NCBI GenBank assembly: GCA_040389905.1
Contig: JAZJZK010000014.1
Span: forward strand, 32,001 to 96,000
DNA: 64,000 bases
Direction of reading: 5' to 3'
From: Gemmatimonadota bacterium
GTDB taxonomy: Bacteria; Gemmatimonadota; Gemmatimonadetes; Gemmatimonadales; Gemmatimonadaceae
The first letter of the stretch is position 1. Every line of letters begins with the position of its first letter. Below the pieces are notes generated by a model. The model searched no databases. It was not told the DNA's origin and saw nothing but the letters and a program-made list of their open reading frames with translations. This document shows, one piece after another, positions 9,940-20,455 of the stretch. Made by a program: the position numbers and the translations under genes.

Positions 9940-11313
9940 CTAGTAGTAATAGCCAAAGATGATGTCCATCTCCTCGTCGCTCGTCAGGCCGAACGCAATG
10001 GCCTTCGTCGTCGTGTTGTTGTAGGTCACGATCGACCGGAGACCTTCGTTCTTCGCGAGCACAATGGGCGTCGCGTACGTCACGATCCGCGGATGCTCCC
10101 AATCGGTGTTCTCGTAGACGAGTTCACCGTCGCGCGCTCCGCCGACAATCTTGATCTGGAACTTTGTGCCGCGCGCATGCATGTGCGACGTGAGCGCTGT
10201 TACCGTCGTCTGCTTGTCGAAACGAAAATCCTTTTGTACGACCGTCACCTGTCCCGCCGGCAGGTTGAGATCCATGTTGGTAAGGTTCAGCGTCGAGAGC
10301 GGATGCACGACTTGCGCTGCAGGAATCGTATACAGGTTGACGTACGCCTCACCGGGAATCTGGCTGTTCGTGTGGTTGGCGTAATGCACGTTGAGGTCGA
10401 TTGCGGCGTCGGCGGGCAGCTTGAGCGCGGTCCCTGCGGGAAACACATAGTTGCTCTGCTGCGTCATCGATCCCGCAAAGAAGACGTGATAGCCCATCGA
10501 GAGCATGTTCACGACGTTCATCGATCCGTCAGGATTCCGGATGTCGCGCACGGTGTTGGGCACCGGAACGAAGAACGACGGAATGCTCGAGTTGAACGTG
10601 TACAGCACGAAATGATGACTGAGCGGGCGCATCGATGTTTCGATGCGGGAGATGTAGACGTCGCCGCTATTGCCGAGTTTCCGGTAGTTGAAAAGTTCGC
10701 GTTCGAAGTTGGCGCTGATGTCGAACTGGTCCACCTTGAGCTGGAATCCTGCCCCGGCGGACGGCGCCGGCAGCGCCGCAAAGGGCTGCACGCTCTGCGA
10801 CGTCTTGTCGGACAGGAGCGCCGTGTTCGTGACCACGGCGCCGGTCTTTGGCGCGCCCGCGGCAATCCACTGGCGCACGAACTCGAGTTGACCGGGGCTT
10901 ACACCGCCAGTGCCGGTCGGCATCGGGTTCCCGTAATCGCTCGCGTGATGACCGGGTGGAAAGACGAGCTTGTGATAGAGCAGGCTCGAATCCGGCTTGC
11001 CTGCAACGACGCGCTTGAGTCCGTCGGCAACGGCATTCGGATTCGTCGGCTTCACGCCGACGAGATTCTGGTACGCGACATCCGCGGTCAGGACGAGACC
11101 GCCCTGCGCGTTGGCCCCAACATGGCACGCCGCCGTCGCGCAGCTTGGCGTCAACAATTGCGTCTGAATTTGCTCGAAGCTACTCAGGCTGGCCGTCGGT
11201 GTGGTGGTCGGTGGCGTACTCGTGCCGGCGGCAGGGCCGGTGTCGCCACCACATCCAGAGAGTGCGACGGGAACGGCCGCCAGAAAGAAGCAGCGAGTCA
11301 GGAGTAGTCGCAT
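9940..11313 (-). CDS. Lipoprotein: putative c-type heme domain fused to copper type II (PHM/DBH-like) monooxygenase domains
   Basis: Lipobox LSGC; CATAACH plus distal NPMP; Cu-ligand-like SHH, NVHY, SHMH and DEEM. Confidence 0.7.
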   Translation of the reverse strand: MRLLLTRCFFLAAVPVALSGCGGDTGPAAGTSTPPTTTPTASLSSFEQIQTQLLTPSCATAACHVGANAQGGLVLTADVAYQNLVGVKPTNPNAVADGLKRVVAGKPDSSLLYHKLVFPPGHHASDYGNPMPTGTGGVSPGQLEFVRQWIAAGAPKTGAVVTNTALLSDKTSQSVQPFAALPAPSAGAGFQLKVDQFDISANFERELFNYRKLGNSGDVYISRIETSMRPLSHHFVLYTFNSSIPSFFVPVPNTVRDIRNPDGSMNVVNMLSMGYHVFFAGSMTQQSNYVFPAGTALKLPADAAIDLNVHYANHTNSQIPGEAYVNLYTIPAAQVVHPLSTLNLTNMDLNLPAGQVTVVQKDFRFDKQTTVTALTSHMHARGTKFQIKIVGGARDGELVYENTDWEHPRIVTYATPIVLAKNEGLRSIVTYNNTTTKAIAFGLTSDEEMDIIFGYYY

Positions 11314-11393
11314 GCGTCCAAGTCGAGAGGAGGGGGCACGACAGCGGTGCGAGCCCCACGCTACACGCCGTGGGGCTGTACGACAAGAGAAAG

Positions 11394-11999
11394 CTAGCGG
11401 GATCCGGACGTGGCGCGCACTGCCTCGACATTGATTTCAATCTTGACGTCGTCGCCCAGCATCACGCCACCGCCTTCGGCCGCGCGGTTCCATTTCACGC
11501 CGTAGTCCATCCGGTTGACCGTCGTCGTTGCGTCGAAACCGAAGCGGTCTCCCTGCGCCGACTTCTGAATGCCGTTGAACGATCCCGTCAGCACCACCGC
11601 CCTGGTCACACCGCGGATGGTGAGACTCCCATAGATCTTCGCGTCATCGCCACTTCGCTCGATCCGGCTGCTCTTGAAGATGATGGTAGGAAAGCTGTCG
11701 GCCGCGAAGAAGTCGTTCGACTTGAGGTGCGCGTCGCGTTGGTCGTTGTTCGTGCTGATGCTGGAGGCGACGATTTCAACGTCGATCTGGGCGTTCTGCC
11801 ACGCCTCGGGATCGCCCGTCACCGTGCCCTTGTACTCTTTGAAGCGACCGGGGACCTTGCTGACGAAATGCCGAATCTGGAACGAGACATTGGAGTGCGT
11901 CTTGTCGATGTTCCAGACGGCCGGGGCCGCTTTGGTAGGGTTGGGTGTTATAACAACTGTCGGAACGAGAAGCGCGGCGGCAATGAGTCGTGACAGCAT
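11394..11999 (-). CDS. yceI: YceI family polyisoprenoid-binding protein
   Basis: ATG at 11999 after GGAG; WNIDKTHSNVSF, RDAHLKSNDFF, GSLTIRGVT, NRMDYG. Confidence 0.92.
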   Translation of the reverse strand: MLSRLIAAALLVPTVVITPNPTKAAPAVWNIDKTHSNVSFQIRHFVSKVPGRFKEYKGTVTGDPEAWQNAQIDVEIVASSISTNNDQRDAHLKSNDFFAADSFPTIIFKSSRIERSGDDAKIYGSLTIRGVTRAVVLTGSFNGIQKSAQGDRFGFDATTTVNRMDYGVKWNRAAEGGGVMLGDDVKIEINVEAVRATSGSR

Positions 12000-12160
12000 G
12001 GTAGCTCCGATAATGTGTGTGAGAACACACAATATACTCCGATGCTACGCCGAGCGTTGGTTCTGACTCGACCGTGGGACGGGTGGACAGCAAAGGGACC
12101 CGGTGTGACTTTGCACTCCGACGTCGCCGCGTTTGATGCGCGACCGGTTCACATGGGAGG

Positions 12161-13342
12161 GTGTGTGGAGCACCGACTCAAGAAGCGCCGCCACTGGTGA
12201 CACGTTCGCCTGATGCGGACGCGCACCTCTGGCCGTCGCCGAGTCAGCGTCTGCTGCTGTGTGCCGCCCTTGGTGAACCGGCCGCGGCCGTGGACGCCTT
12301 CGCCAACTGGCGCGCTTCCATCGACCCGAACGCCGCCTTCGGATGGGACGCGCTGTGCCTGCTCCCGCTCGCGTACGACAACCTCCGTCGGTTGGGCGTG
12401 CACGATGAGCCGATGGAGCGGATGAAGGGGGTGTATCGGAAGACCTTCGTCGAGACGAACCGGCTCTTCCACGAGACGCGGCCCGTTCTCGAGCAGCTCG
12501 CCAATGAGGGCATCGAACTGCTGTTGCTGAAGGGCGCCCCGTTGTCATTCTCGTACTACGGGAACCTCGCGCTTCGGCCAATGTCCGACGTGGACTTTGT
12601 CGTGCGAACGACCCAGGTGGCTGACGCCGTGCGCGTATTGGAGGCGCACGGTTGGCGCGGGGATTACGTCGCTGACGACGTATCGCTGCGCTTCCGCCAT
12701 GCCATCCGTTTCACCCGAGATGACGGACGCGAGCTCGATCTGCACTGGCGCGTGCTGATCGAGAGCAGAGACGACGCGTCCACGGATTTCTTCTGGCAGC
12801 ATACCGTACCGTGCAGCTTCCTCGGCATACATGCGCGTCAGCTCGATCCGACGGCACTGATCGTTCACACAGTGCTGCACGGGGTGCGCTGGAATACGGT
12901 CACTCCCGTCCGATGGATTCCTGATGCCCTGCTCGTGCTGCGCACGCGTGGCTCGGAAGTCGACTGGAATGCGGTGTTGGCTTTCGCGACAAGACGCAAG
13001 GTGACGTTCCGATTGGGACTCGGGCTCTCCTTCCTCGCGAAAGAGTTCGACGCACCGATTCCGGCGGATGTGATCCGGGCGGTCACGCAGCGAGGTCCGA
13101 CGGTCGCCGAGCGGCTGGAGAACATGACGCTGCTGGTGGATCCGGTCCGCTTCCTCGGGCCCGTGGGCAACACGCTCTGGATCGCGCTGGACTACTCGCG
13201 CGGCCCAGGCTACGGCGGCGTCATTGCGTATCTGGCAGAGTTTCCGAACTACCTCGCATTTCGCTGGTACCTCTCGAATCGACGGGAGGTCCTACCGTAC
13301 GTGTTTCGGCGCTTGGTCCGCCGATTAACGCGACGCGCATGA
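12161..13342 (+). CDS. Uncharacterised nucleotidyltransferase family protein (NTP_transf_5-like)
   Basis: LLKG...Y...LRPMSDVDF, ELDLHW, W..D. Start uncertain (GTG 12161 or 12197). Confidence 0.8.
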   Translation: MCGAPTQEAPPLVTRSPDADAHLWPSPSQRLLLCAALGEPAAAVDAFANWRASIDPNAAFGWDALCLLPLAYDNLRRLGVHDEPMERMKGVYRKTFVETNRLFHETRPVLEQLANEGIELLLLKGAPLSFSYYGNLALRPMSDVDFVVRTTQVADAVRVLEAHGWRGDYVADDVSLRFRHAIRFTRDDGRELDLHWRVLIESRDDASTDFFWQHTVPCSFLGIHARQLDPTALIVHTVLHGVRWNTVTPVRWIPDALLVLRTRGSEVDWNAVLAFATRRKVTFRLGLGLSFLAKEFDAPIPADVIRAVTQRGPTVAERLENMTLLVDPVRFLGPVGNTLWIALDYSRGPGYGGVIAYLAEFPNYLAFRWYLSNRREVLPYVFRRLVRRLTRRA

Positions 13343-13413
13343 GCTCAACCCAACTGCCTGAATGCGGATTGTTGTCATTCCGCCCGAGGAGTGAAGCGAC
13401 GAGCGTCGGGGAG

Positions 13414-14172
13414 CTACAGCAGCTCGAGGCGGTTGTCCGCCTCTTCGACAGCCTGAAAGAGCTGACGGTAATCGTCGACGACGAAGAGGACGTCTTGCAA
13501 TCGGTCGATTTCGAACGGCTGCGCAAGGACAGCGTCGAGTGAGAAAGGGCGACGATCGCAACTCGAGCCGAGCGCGTTCGCCGCGTCGCCGTGCGAGGAG
13601 ATGAGCCCCGAGCCATAGACCTTCACCGCACCATCCTCGTGCACGAGACCGAATTCCACGGTGAACCAGAACAGGCGTGCCATTGCTTCGACCTGCGCTT
13701 CCGTACGTGCGCGTGATGCGGCTTGGCCGAAGCGCTGAAGAAAGTCGGCGAACACGGGGTGCGCGTGGAGCGGCACGTGGCCAAACACGTCGTGAAAGAT
13801 GTCGGGCTCGGGGAGATAGTCGAGCTGCGCCATCGGTCGCACCGTCACGGTCGTCGGAAAGCGTCGTTCCGCGAGACAGGCAAAAAACTCCTTCGCCGGC
13901 AGAAACCCGGAGACCGGCACCGCCGCCCAGCCCGTCCGTTCTGCCAGTCGCGCGTTGACGTCGGCGAGGTCGGGCACGTACGACGCGCCGATACCAATCG
14001 TCGCCGCGCCTTCGAGAAACACCTTGCTGCCCGTGCTCACGAGCGTCTCCATGCGTCGTTCGTACAGGAGCGACCACACGAGGTGATCCTCAGCCGTGTA
14101 CGAGGCCCAGTCCTGTGAAATGAAGGAGGCGGGAGCTGGCGAATGCAGGTGTGAGCAGAGCGTGTCGTCCAT
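13414..14172 (-). CDS. phhA: Phenylalanine 4-monooxygenase
   Basis: YLPEPDIFHDVFGHVP, WFTVEFGL, YGSGLISS. Confidence 0.93.
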   Translation of the reverse strand: MDDTLCSHLHSPAPASFISQDWASYTAEDHLVWSLLYERRMETLVSTGSKVFLEGAATIGIGASYVPDLADVNARLAERTGWAAVPVSGFLPAKEFFACLAERRFPTTVTVRPMAQLDYLPEPDIFHDVFGHVPLHAHPVFADFLQRFGQAASRARTEAQVEAMARLFWFTVEFGLVHEDGAVKVYGSGLISSHGDAANALGSSCDRRPFSLDAVLAQPFEIDRLQDVLFVVDDYRQLFQAVEEADNRLELL

Positions 14173-14208
14173 GAGAGTTCCTCAACCCTTTTCCTATGGG
14201 AAATCCCA

Positions 14209-14308
14209 GAAGCAGATTCGACGGACTGGCGGACTGCACGGATCAACTACGGTTGAACTCCATTAGATGCAATCCGTATTCATCCGTAGAATCCGTACAA
14301 TCTGCTTC
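14209..14308. repeat. Intergenic imperfect inverted repeat with ~9-nt periodic (A/G)CGGA units
   Basis: Left arm GAAGCAGATTCGACGGACTGGCGGACTGCACGGATC; reverse complement of right arm GAAGCAGATTGTACGGATTCTACGGATGAATACGGATT. Confidence 0.75.
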
Positions 14309-14402
14309 ATGGTCAGTTGCTGTTCCGTTGTTGCAAGCGCTTGAATCCGCGCCAATCAAGTTCGGAGAATTCGCTGCATCGCGCAACGATATTCGGGTTG
14401 GG

Positions 14403-16562
14403 TCACGACACGCGCGCCGGCGCCGATCCCGGTTCGGTGTTCACCATCACCTCGGCCGGCCGGTTTGCGTCTGGCGCCTCGTCGAGCATTGCCTTCTCGA
14501 CATCCTCCGCCGTGGCGGGAACAGGCAGTCGGCGAACGAGCGTGAGAATCGTGTAAACCGCAACCGGCTCGGCGTCCTGGTTCGTCACCTCGACGTCCCA
14601 GTGCACCACGCCTTGGGGAATCTGCCCTTCACGATCCTCCTTCAGCGTCTTCTGCTTGCAGGTGAGGCGGGCGCGAATGGTATCAGCGATGTACACCGGC
14701 TTGACGAAGCGAAGTGACTCCAGCCCGTAGTTGGCGAGCACCGGGCCCGGCGCGGGATCGACGAAGAGGCCCGCAGCAGCGGAGAGCACGAAGTACCCGT
14801 GCGCGACACGCTTCTCGAACAGCGATTCCCGCGCGGCGATGTCGTCCATGTGTGCGTAGAAGAAATCGCCAGAAATGCCCGCGAAGCTCACGAGATCGCT
14901 CTCGGTCACCGTTCGGCGGTGGGTCAGAAGCGTCTCCCCGATTTCGAGTTCGTCGAAGTATTTCCGGAAGGGATGCACCCGGTCCCGAAGCTCCGTTGCG
15001 CCCTTGCTCCACTCGCGCGTCACCGCGGACACGGTTTGCGGCGAACCCTGGATGGCCGTGCGCTGCATGTAATGAAGGACGCCGCGCACACCGCCCATCT
15101 CCTCGCCGCCACCCGCGCGCCCAGGGCCTCCGTGCACGAGGTGAGGCATCGGTGAGCCGTGTCCCGTGGACTCCTTTGCGCTGTGCCGATTGACGAGCAT
15201 GAGCCGCCCGTGGTAGGCTGCGGTACCCAACGCCATGCGTCGCGCGATGTCGTCGCGCGCTGTAAACACGGAACCGACGAGACTCCCCTTCCCCAGTCGC
15301 GCGAGCGCGATGGCTTCGTCGACCGACGCGTAGGGCATCACCGTGTTCACCGGACCAAATGCTTCGACGTCGTGCGGTTCGCGCCGGTCGAAGGGCTTGT
15401 CGTTGTAGAGCAGCATGGCAGGGTAGAACGCACCTTTCTCCGGATCGGCGCCGACGACGTCGAGCGTCCCCGGCCCTCCGAACACGAGTTCGGACGCGTC
15501 GCGTAGCATGGCGGCATTTTTTTCGACTTCCCGGACCTGGCCTTTCCCGGCCAACGGGCCCATTCGCACGCCATCCGCCAGTGGGTCTCCGACCTTCACA
15601 CCCGCGAGGCGCTTGCTCAATGCGGCGATGACGGCCTCCGTCATGCTCTCGTGCACGAACGTGCGACGAATGGCCGTACATTTCTGCCCTGCCTTGACCG
15701 TCATTTCCTTCGATACTTCCTTGATGAAGAGGTCGAACTCTTCAGTGCCCGGTGCGGCGTCCGGACCAAGCATCGAGTAGTTGAGGGAGTCCGCTTCCTG
15801 GTTGAAGCGCACGCTATTCGCCAGGATCGCCCGGCTCCCCTTGAGCATCAGGCCAGTGGACGCTGAGCCGGTAAAGGCCACCGAATCCTGCAGGTCGAGG
15901 TGATCGAGGAGATCGCCGGCACTGCCGCAGATGAGCTGGAAGGTGCCCTTGGGCAGCAACTGCGACTCGACCATCGCCTTTGCGACTGCTTCCGTGAGGT
16001 AACTCGTCACCGTCGCCGGCTTGACGATGCTCGGCACGCCAGCGAGAAACGATGTGGCGAGCTTTTCCAGCATTCCCCAGACGGGGAAGTTGAAGGCGTT
16101 GATCTGCACGGCGACGCCCTCCATCGGCACGCAGATATGCCGGCCGATGAACGTGCCGCCTTTGCTCAGCGCTTCCGGCCCCCCATCAACGAAGTACGTC
16201 TCATCGGGAAACTCCCGGCGTCCTCGGCTCGCGTACGCGAACAGCGTTCCGAACCCGCCGTCGATGTCGATCCACGAGTCACCCTTCGTTGCGCCGGTCC
16301 ATGCGGACACGCGATAGAACTCGTCTTTTCGCGCGGTGAGGTATTGCGCCAACGCCTTCAGCACGCGCGCGCGCTGGTGGAAGGTCATGGCGCGCACCGT
16401 TGGCCCACCGACGTTCCTGCCGAAGTCGAGCATCGCCTTGAAGTCGAGCCCCTCGCTCGAAGCGGTCGCCACTTCTGCGCCAGACACAGCGTGGTACAGC
16501 GGCGTCCCCGTGCCGGTGCCCTCGATCCATTCGCCCAGTGCGTAGTTCTTGAGGCGCGTCAT
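14403..16562 (-). CDS. paaZ: Bifunctional oxepin-CoA hydrolase / aldehyde dehydrogenase
   Basis: ATG 16562 ([12 protein letters not shown]); INAFNFPVWGMLEK, KAGQKCTAIRR, C-terminal MaoC domain (HPFRKYF, RVAHGYF). Confidence 0.95.
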   Translation of the reverse strand: MTRLKNYALGEWIEGTGTGTPLYHAVSGAEVATASSEGLDFKAMLDFGRNVGGPTVRAMTFHQRARVLKALAQYLTARKDEFYRVSAWTGATKGDSWIDIDGGFGTLFAYASRGRREFPDETYFVDGGPEALSKGGTFIGRHICVPMEGVAVQINAFNFPVWGMLEKLATSFLAGVPSIVKPATVTSYLTEAVAKAMVESQLLPKGTFQLICGSAGDLLDHLDLQDSVAFTGSASTGLMLKGSRAILANSVRFNQEADSLNYSMLGPDAAPGTEEFDLFIKEVSKEMTVKAGQKCTAIRRTFVHESMTEAVIAALSKRLAGVKVGDPLADGVRMGPLAGKGQVREVEKNAAMLRDASELVFGGPGTLDVVGADPEKGAFYPAMLLYNDKPFDRREPHDVEAFGPVNTVMPYASVDEAIALARLGKGSLVGSVFTARDDIARRMALGTAAYHGRLMLVNRHSAKESTGHGSPMPHLVHGGPGRAGGGEEMGGVRGVLHYMQRTAIQGSPQTVSAVTREWSKGATELRDRVHPFRKYFDELEIGETLLTHRRTVTESDLVSFAGISGDFFYAHMDDIAARESLFEKRVAHGYFVLSAAAGLFVDPAPGPVLANYGLESLRFVKPVYIADTIRARLTCKQKTLKEDREGQIPQGVVHWDVEVTNQDAEPVAVYTILTLVRRLPVPATAEDVEKAMLDEAPDANRPAEVMVNTEPGSAPARVS

Positions 16563-17161
16563 GCTCTCGTTTCTCTCCAGGTCTTGTAGGCCACGCTCGC
16601 CGTTCCGCGCGAGCCAGCGGGCACTTCGCGCAACGGCTCGACGGCTCGCAGCGTCGCGTGCATCTGCGCGGGCAGCGCCTGATAGATCTCCGTGCCCTCC
16701 GTTTTCCAGTCGAGCATTTCGTCGCTCACATCCTTCACGATCTTCGCCGGGTTGCCGACCACGACTTTCCGCGGCGGGATCTGCATGCCGGCCGGCACGA
16801 AGGACAGTGCGCCGACGATGCACCCACCGCCCACGTGCGCATGGTCCATGATCACGGCGTTCATGCCGATCAGGGCATTCGCGCCGATCCGGGCACCATG
16901 CACGATGGCGCCATGGCCAATGTGCGCGGACGGTTCGAGGACAACGGTGAGGCCAGGGAACATGTGAATGGTGCAATTCTCCTGCACGTTGCAGCCGTCT
17001 TCGATCACGATGCCACCCCAATCCCCGCGGATTGCGGCACCGGGACCGATGTACACGTCGCGCCCAATGATGACATTGCCGGTGACAGTCGCATTCGGGT
17101 GGATGAACGCACTCTCATGAATCACCGGGATGAAGTCTTCGAATGCGAAGATGTTGTTCAC
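16559..17161 (-). CDS. paaY: PaaY-like hexapeptide-repeat (gamma-carbonic-anhydrase family) protein
   Basis: GTG 17161 overlapping the thiolase stop; [27 protein letters not shown]. Confidence 0.88.
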   Translation of the reverse strand: MNNIFAFEDFIPVIHESAFIHPNATVTGNVIIGRDVYIGPGAAIRGDWGGIVIEDGCNVQENCTIHMFPGLTVVLEPSAHIGHGAIVHGARIGANALIGMNAVIMDHAHVGGGCIVGALSFVPAGMQIPPRKVVVGNPAKIVKDVSDEMLDWKTEGTEIYQALPAQMHATLRAVEPLREVPAGSRGTASVAYKTWRETRA

Positions 17162-18369
17162 ACCCGCTCCAAGACGGTTGCCATTCCCTGCCCGACGCCG
17201 ATGCACATCGTCGCCAACGCGTAACGCTTCGACGTGCGTTTCAATTCGAGCGACGCCGTAAGGAGCAGGCGAGCGCCACTCATGCCAAGCGGATGGCCCA
17301 GCGCGATCGCGCCACCATTTGGATTGACGCGAGGGTCATCGTCGCGAAGGCCAAGCTCGCGCACACAGGCGAGCGACTGCGCAGCAAATGCTTCGTTCAG
17401 CTCGATCACATCAACGTCGGCCAGCGTGATGCCCGCGAGCTCCAGTGCTCGTCGCGAGGCCGGCACGGGGCCGATGCCCATGCAGCGAGGCTCCACTCCC
17501 GCAACGGCCGTCGACACGACACGGGTCAGGGGTTCGACGCCGATGTCTCGCGCGCCCTGCGCCGACGCGACGAGCAGGGCCGCCGCACCGTCATTGAGTC
17601 CGGACGAATTACCCGCCGTCACCGTGCCCTTTCCATCGGTGCGAAACACGCACTTCAATTTGGCCAATGTCTGCTCGGTCGTATCCGGGCGAATGAATTC
17701 GTCGGTATCGATGCGTCTGGCGTCGCCCTTCTTTTGCGGGATATCAAGCGGCGCGATCTCGACAGCGAATCGGCCGGCCGCGCGCGCTGCTGCAGCCTTC
17801 TGCTGTGACCGCGCCGCGAACGCATCCTGATCTGCGCGGCTCACGCCGTACTGCTCCGCGACGTTCTCGGCGGTCTGGCCCATCGAGTCCACACCATGGA
17901 GTTCGCGGAGCGCCGGATTGATGAAGCGCCATCCAAGGCTCGTGTCGAACATCTCGATGTCGCGCGCAAAAGGCTTGGTCGCCTTGCTCATCACGTACGG
18001 CGCGCGCGTCATGCTTTCGACGCCACCGGCGATGAAGAAGTCGCCCTCGCCGAGCCTGACGGCGCGCGATGCATTCGCGACGGCGCTCATGCCCGACGCG
18101 CACAACCGATTGACGGTCTCACCGGGGACGCTGACGGGAAGGCCAGCGAGCAGCACCGCCATGCGAGCGACGTTTCGGTTGTCTTCACCAGCCTGATTCG
18201 CGCAGCCGAGAATGACGTCCGTGATGCGCGATGCGTCGAGCGATGGATGCCGAGCGACCAGTGTGCGAATGACGTGCGCCGCCATGTCGTCGGCGCGAAC
18301 CTCACTCAGCTGGCCCCCGATGTTGCCCACCGCGGTGCGAACACCGTCGAGGATGAATGCGTCGCTCAT
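17158..18369 (-). CDS. paaJ: 3-oxoadipyl-CoA / 3-oxo-5,6-didehydrosuberyl-CoA thiolase
   Basis: [41 protein letters not shown]. Confidence 0.92.
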   Translation of the reverse strand: MSDAFILDGVRTAVGNIGGQLSEVRADDMAAHVIRTLVARHPSLDASRITDVILGCANQAGEDNRNVARMAVLLAGLPVSVPGETVNRLCASGMSAVANASRAVRLGEGDFFIAGGVESMTRAPYVMSKATKPFARDIEMFDTSLGWRFINPALRELHGVDSMGQTAENVAEQYGVSRADQDAFAARSQQKAAAARAAGRFAVEIAPLDIPQKKGDARRIDTDEFIRPDTTEQTLAKLKCVFRTDGKGTVTAGNSSGLNDGAAALLVASAQGARDIGVEPLTRVVSTAVAGVEPRCMGIGPVPASRRALELAGITLADVDVIELNEAFAAQSLACVRELGLRDDDPRVNPNGGAIALGHPLGMSGARLLLTASLELKRTSKRYALATMCIGVGQGMATVLERV

Positions 18370-19553
18370 AGTGACAGGAGTGGAGTTCCCTCGCGCACGC
18401 ACCGGCGCAGGAGTGGGCTCGGCCGGTAACGATCCTCGCCATACTCGGCGTGCAGCGACACGAGTCGCGCGAGCACCGTCGCCGCACCAATCTCGTCACC
18501 CCACGCGAGCAGGCCTTTCGGGTAGTTGACACCTTTCGTCATTGCCAACTCGATATCGGCTGGCGATGCAACCCGAAGGTAGACGGCGTCCACGGCCTCG
18601 TTCACGAGCATGGCAAGTGTGCGATCGAGTATCGCTTGCCCTAACACGGTGTCTCGCGTGGGCTCAGGGCGCGTGGCGTTCTCGGCGTAGTCGTAGTAGC
18701 CACGTCCCTTTTTCCTCCCGAACAACCCTGCTTCGACGAGTCTCCGCTGCGTGAGCGCGGGGCGGTACCTGGGGTCCTGGAAGAATGACTCGAACACGCT
18801 CACCGTCACCGCAAAGTTCACGTCGTTGCCGATGAAGTCCATCAATTCGAATGGCCCCATGCGGAAGCCGCCGAACTCCTTCATCGCCCAATCGATCGTC
18901 GCGGCGTCAGCAATGTGCTCCTCGAGCTGCCGCAGGGACTCGCCGTAAAACGGCCTCGCGATTCTGTTGACGATAAAGCCGGGCGTGTCCGTCGCCATGA
19001 CCGGAACCTTATTCCAGCCAGCCACGAGTGAGCGACACCGTTCGGCGATTGGCGCGCTCGTGATGATCGACGGCACGATCTCGACGAGCGGCATGAGCGC
19101 TGCCGGGTTGAAAAAGTGGACGCCGGCCACGCGCTCCGGTCGCGCGCAGCCACCGCCGATCGCGGCGACCGACAGCGAGGAAGTATTGGTTGCAAGAATG
19201 CAGTCGTCGCGCACCACCTGCTCGAGTCCCGCAAAGAGTGCGCGCTTGACGGCGAGATCTTCGAGCACGGCCTCGATGACGAAATCGCACTCCGCGTAGG
19301 ACGCGTAGCTCGTCGCCAGCGATCCAGCATCCGCAATACGTGCGGTCACTGCGTCAGCGGCAGCAGAGTCAAGTCTCCCCTTCTCGACGTCGCGTGCGAT
19401 CGCGCGCGCGATGGTCGCGCGTGCATTCGCGACCGCAGTGTCGTTGGCGTCGCCGAGTATGACACGATGACCGTTCGCCGCCGCGACCTGTGCAATGCCG
19501 CTGCCCATCGCTCCCGCGCCGACGACGCCGATCACGAATCCTTTTCCCGCCAT
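18366..19553 (-). CDS. paaH: 3-hydroxyacyl-CoA dehydrogenase
   Basis: ATG 19553; [37 protein letters not shown]. Confidence 0.92.
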   Translation of the reverse strand: MAGKGFVIGVVGAGAMGSGIAQVAAANGHRVILGDANDTAVANARATIARAIARDVEKGRLDSAAADAVTARIADAGSLATSYASYAECDFVIEAVLEDLAVKRALFAGLEQVVRDDCILATNTSSLSVAAIGGGCARPERVAGVHFFNPAALMPLVEIVPSIITSAPIAERCRSLVAGWNKVPVMATDTPGFIVNRIARPFYGESLRQLEEHIADAATIDWAMKEFGGFRMGPFELMDFIGNDVNFAVTVSVFESFFQDPRYRPALTQRRLVEAGLFGRKKGRGYYDYAENATRPEPTRDTVLGQAILDRTLAMLVNEAVDAVYLRVASPADIELAMTKGVNYPKGLLAWGDEIGAATVLARLVSLHAEYGEDRYRPSPLLRRCVREGTPLLSL

Positions 19554-20338
19554 CAGCGGCCCTCGAACGACGGCTTGCGCTTCTCGGTGAATGCGCGAAC
19601 GCCTTCGGCGTAGTCGCGCGTTCGTCCCGCCTCTCGTTGCAGTTCTTCCTCGAGGGCAAGGTGCGATTCGAGGTCGTTCGAGAGTCCGGCGTTGAAGGCG
19701 CGCTTGGTCAGACCAAGGCCGCGCGTCGGCATTGCGGCGAGACGCTTCGCAAGATCGAAGCTCACGTCGAGCAGCGCTTTGCCCGGATATACCTCGTAGA
19801 CCAGCCCCCACTCCTTCGCGCGCGCCGCATCGAGCTTCTCGCCGAGCATGGTGAGCGCGGCGGCACGTTGCAGCCCGACGATGCGAGGGAGGATGAAGGT
19901 ACCGCCGCTGTCGGGAATGAGCCCGATCCTGGCGAACGACTGAATGAAGGTCGCTTCCTCGGCGGCGAGCGTGATGTCGCAGGCGAAGGCGATGTTTGCA
20001 CCGGCGCCCGCTGCAACGCCATTCACGGCGCAGACGACTGGTTTCTCGAGCGTGCGAATCCCGCGGATGATCTGATTGTACTGCCACCGCACGACGTCGC
20101 CGAGATCCGGCATTGGTTTGCCGTCGATGGGGAGGACGGCCGCGAGGTCCTGTCCTGCGCAGAACGCCCGTCCGCTGCCGGTGATGAGAACGGCGCGTAT
20201 CGTGGCGTCGTCCTCCGCCTCGTGCAGTGCGGCAACGAGGGCGTCCGCCATCGGGCGGTTGAAACTGTTGAGTACGTCTGGCCGATTCAGCGTGATCGTG
20301 AGGACGCCGTCGGCGCGGCCGGTCAGGATGAGGTCCAT
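19553..20338 (-). CDS. paaG: Ring-1,2-epoxyphenylacetyl-CoA isomerase (crotonase family)
   Basis: LNRPDVLNSF, FCAGQDL, AVNGVAAGAGAN, GLIPDSGG. Confidence 0.9.
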   Translation of the reverse strand: MDLILTGRADGVLTITLNRPDVLNSFNRPMADALVAALHEAEDDATIRAVLITGSGRAFCAGQDLAAVLPIDGKPMPDLGDVVRWQYNQIIRGIRTLEKPVVCAVNGVAAGAGANIAFACDITLAAEEATFIQSFARIGLIPDSGGTFILPRIVGLQRAAALTMLGEKLDAARAKEWGLVYEVYPGKALLDVSFDLAKRLAAMPTRGLGLTKRAFNAGLSNDLESHLALEEELQREAGRTRDYAEGVRAFTEKRKPSFEGR

Positions 20339-20455
20339 CGGGTGAATATAGTTGTCACACCCGGTGCGCGAAGTGAGCCGAAGGTCACCTGATCAGCTCC
20401 CCCTCGGGGTCGGCTTGGCTCCCATTCGCGATGCACCGGTGTCAGATTTGACGCG

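Noticed and set aside
5501..13342. Complete lasso peptide gene cluster
   Set aside because: No precursor peptide, RRE/PqqD or transglutaminase-like B protein could be found near the AsnB-like gene
16563..17021. ORF-track N-terminal extensions of paaZ (also paaH, paaA, paaC, paaD, the amidohydrolase, the M30 peptidase and ATP-grasp 1)
   Set aside because: They overlap upstream genes in other frames; downstream starts show stop/start coupling, an RBS or alignment to a paralogue
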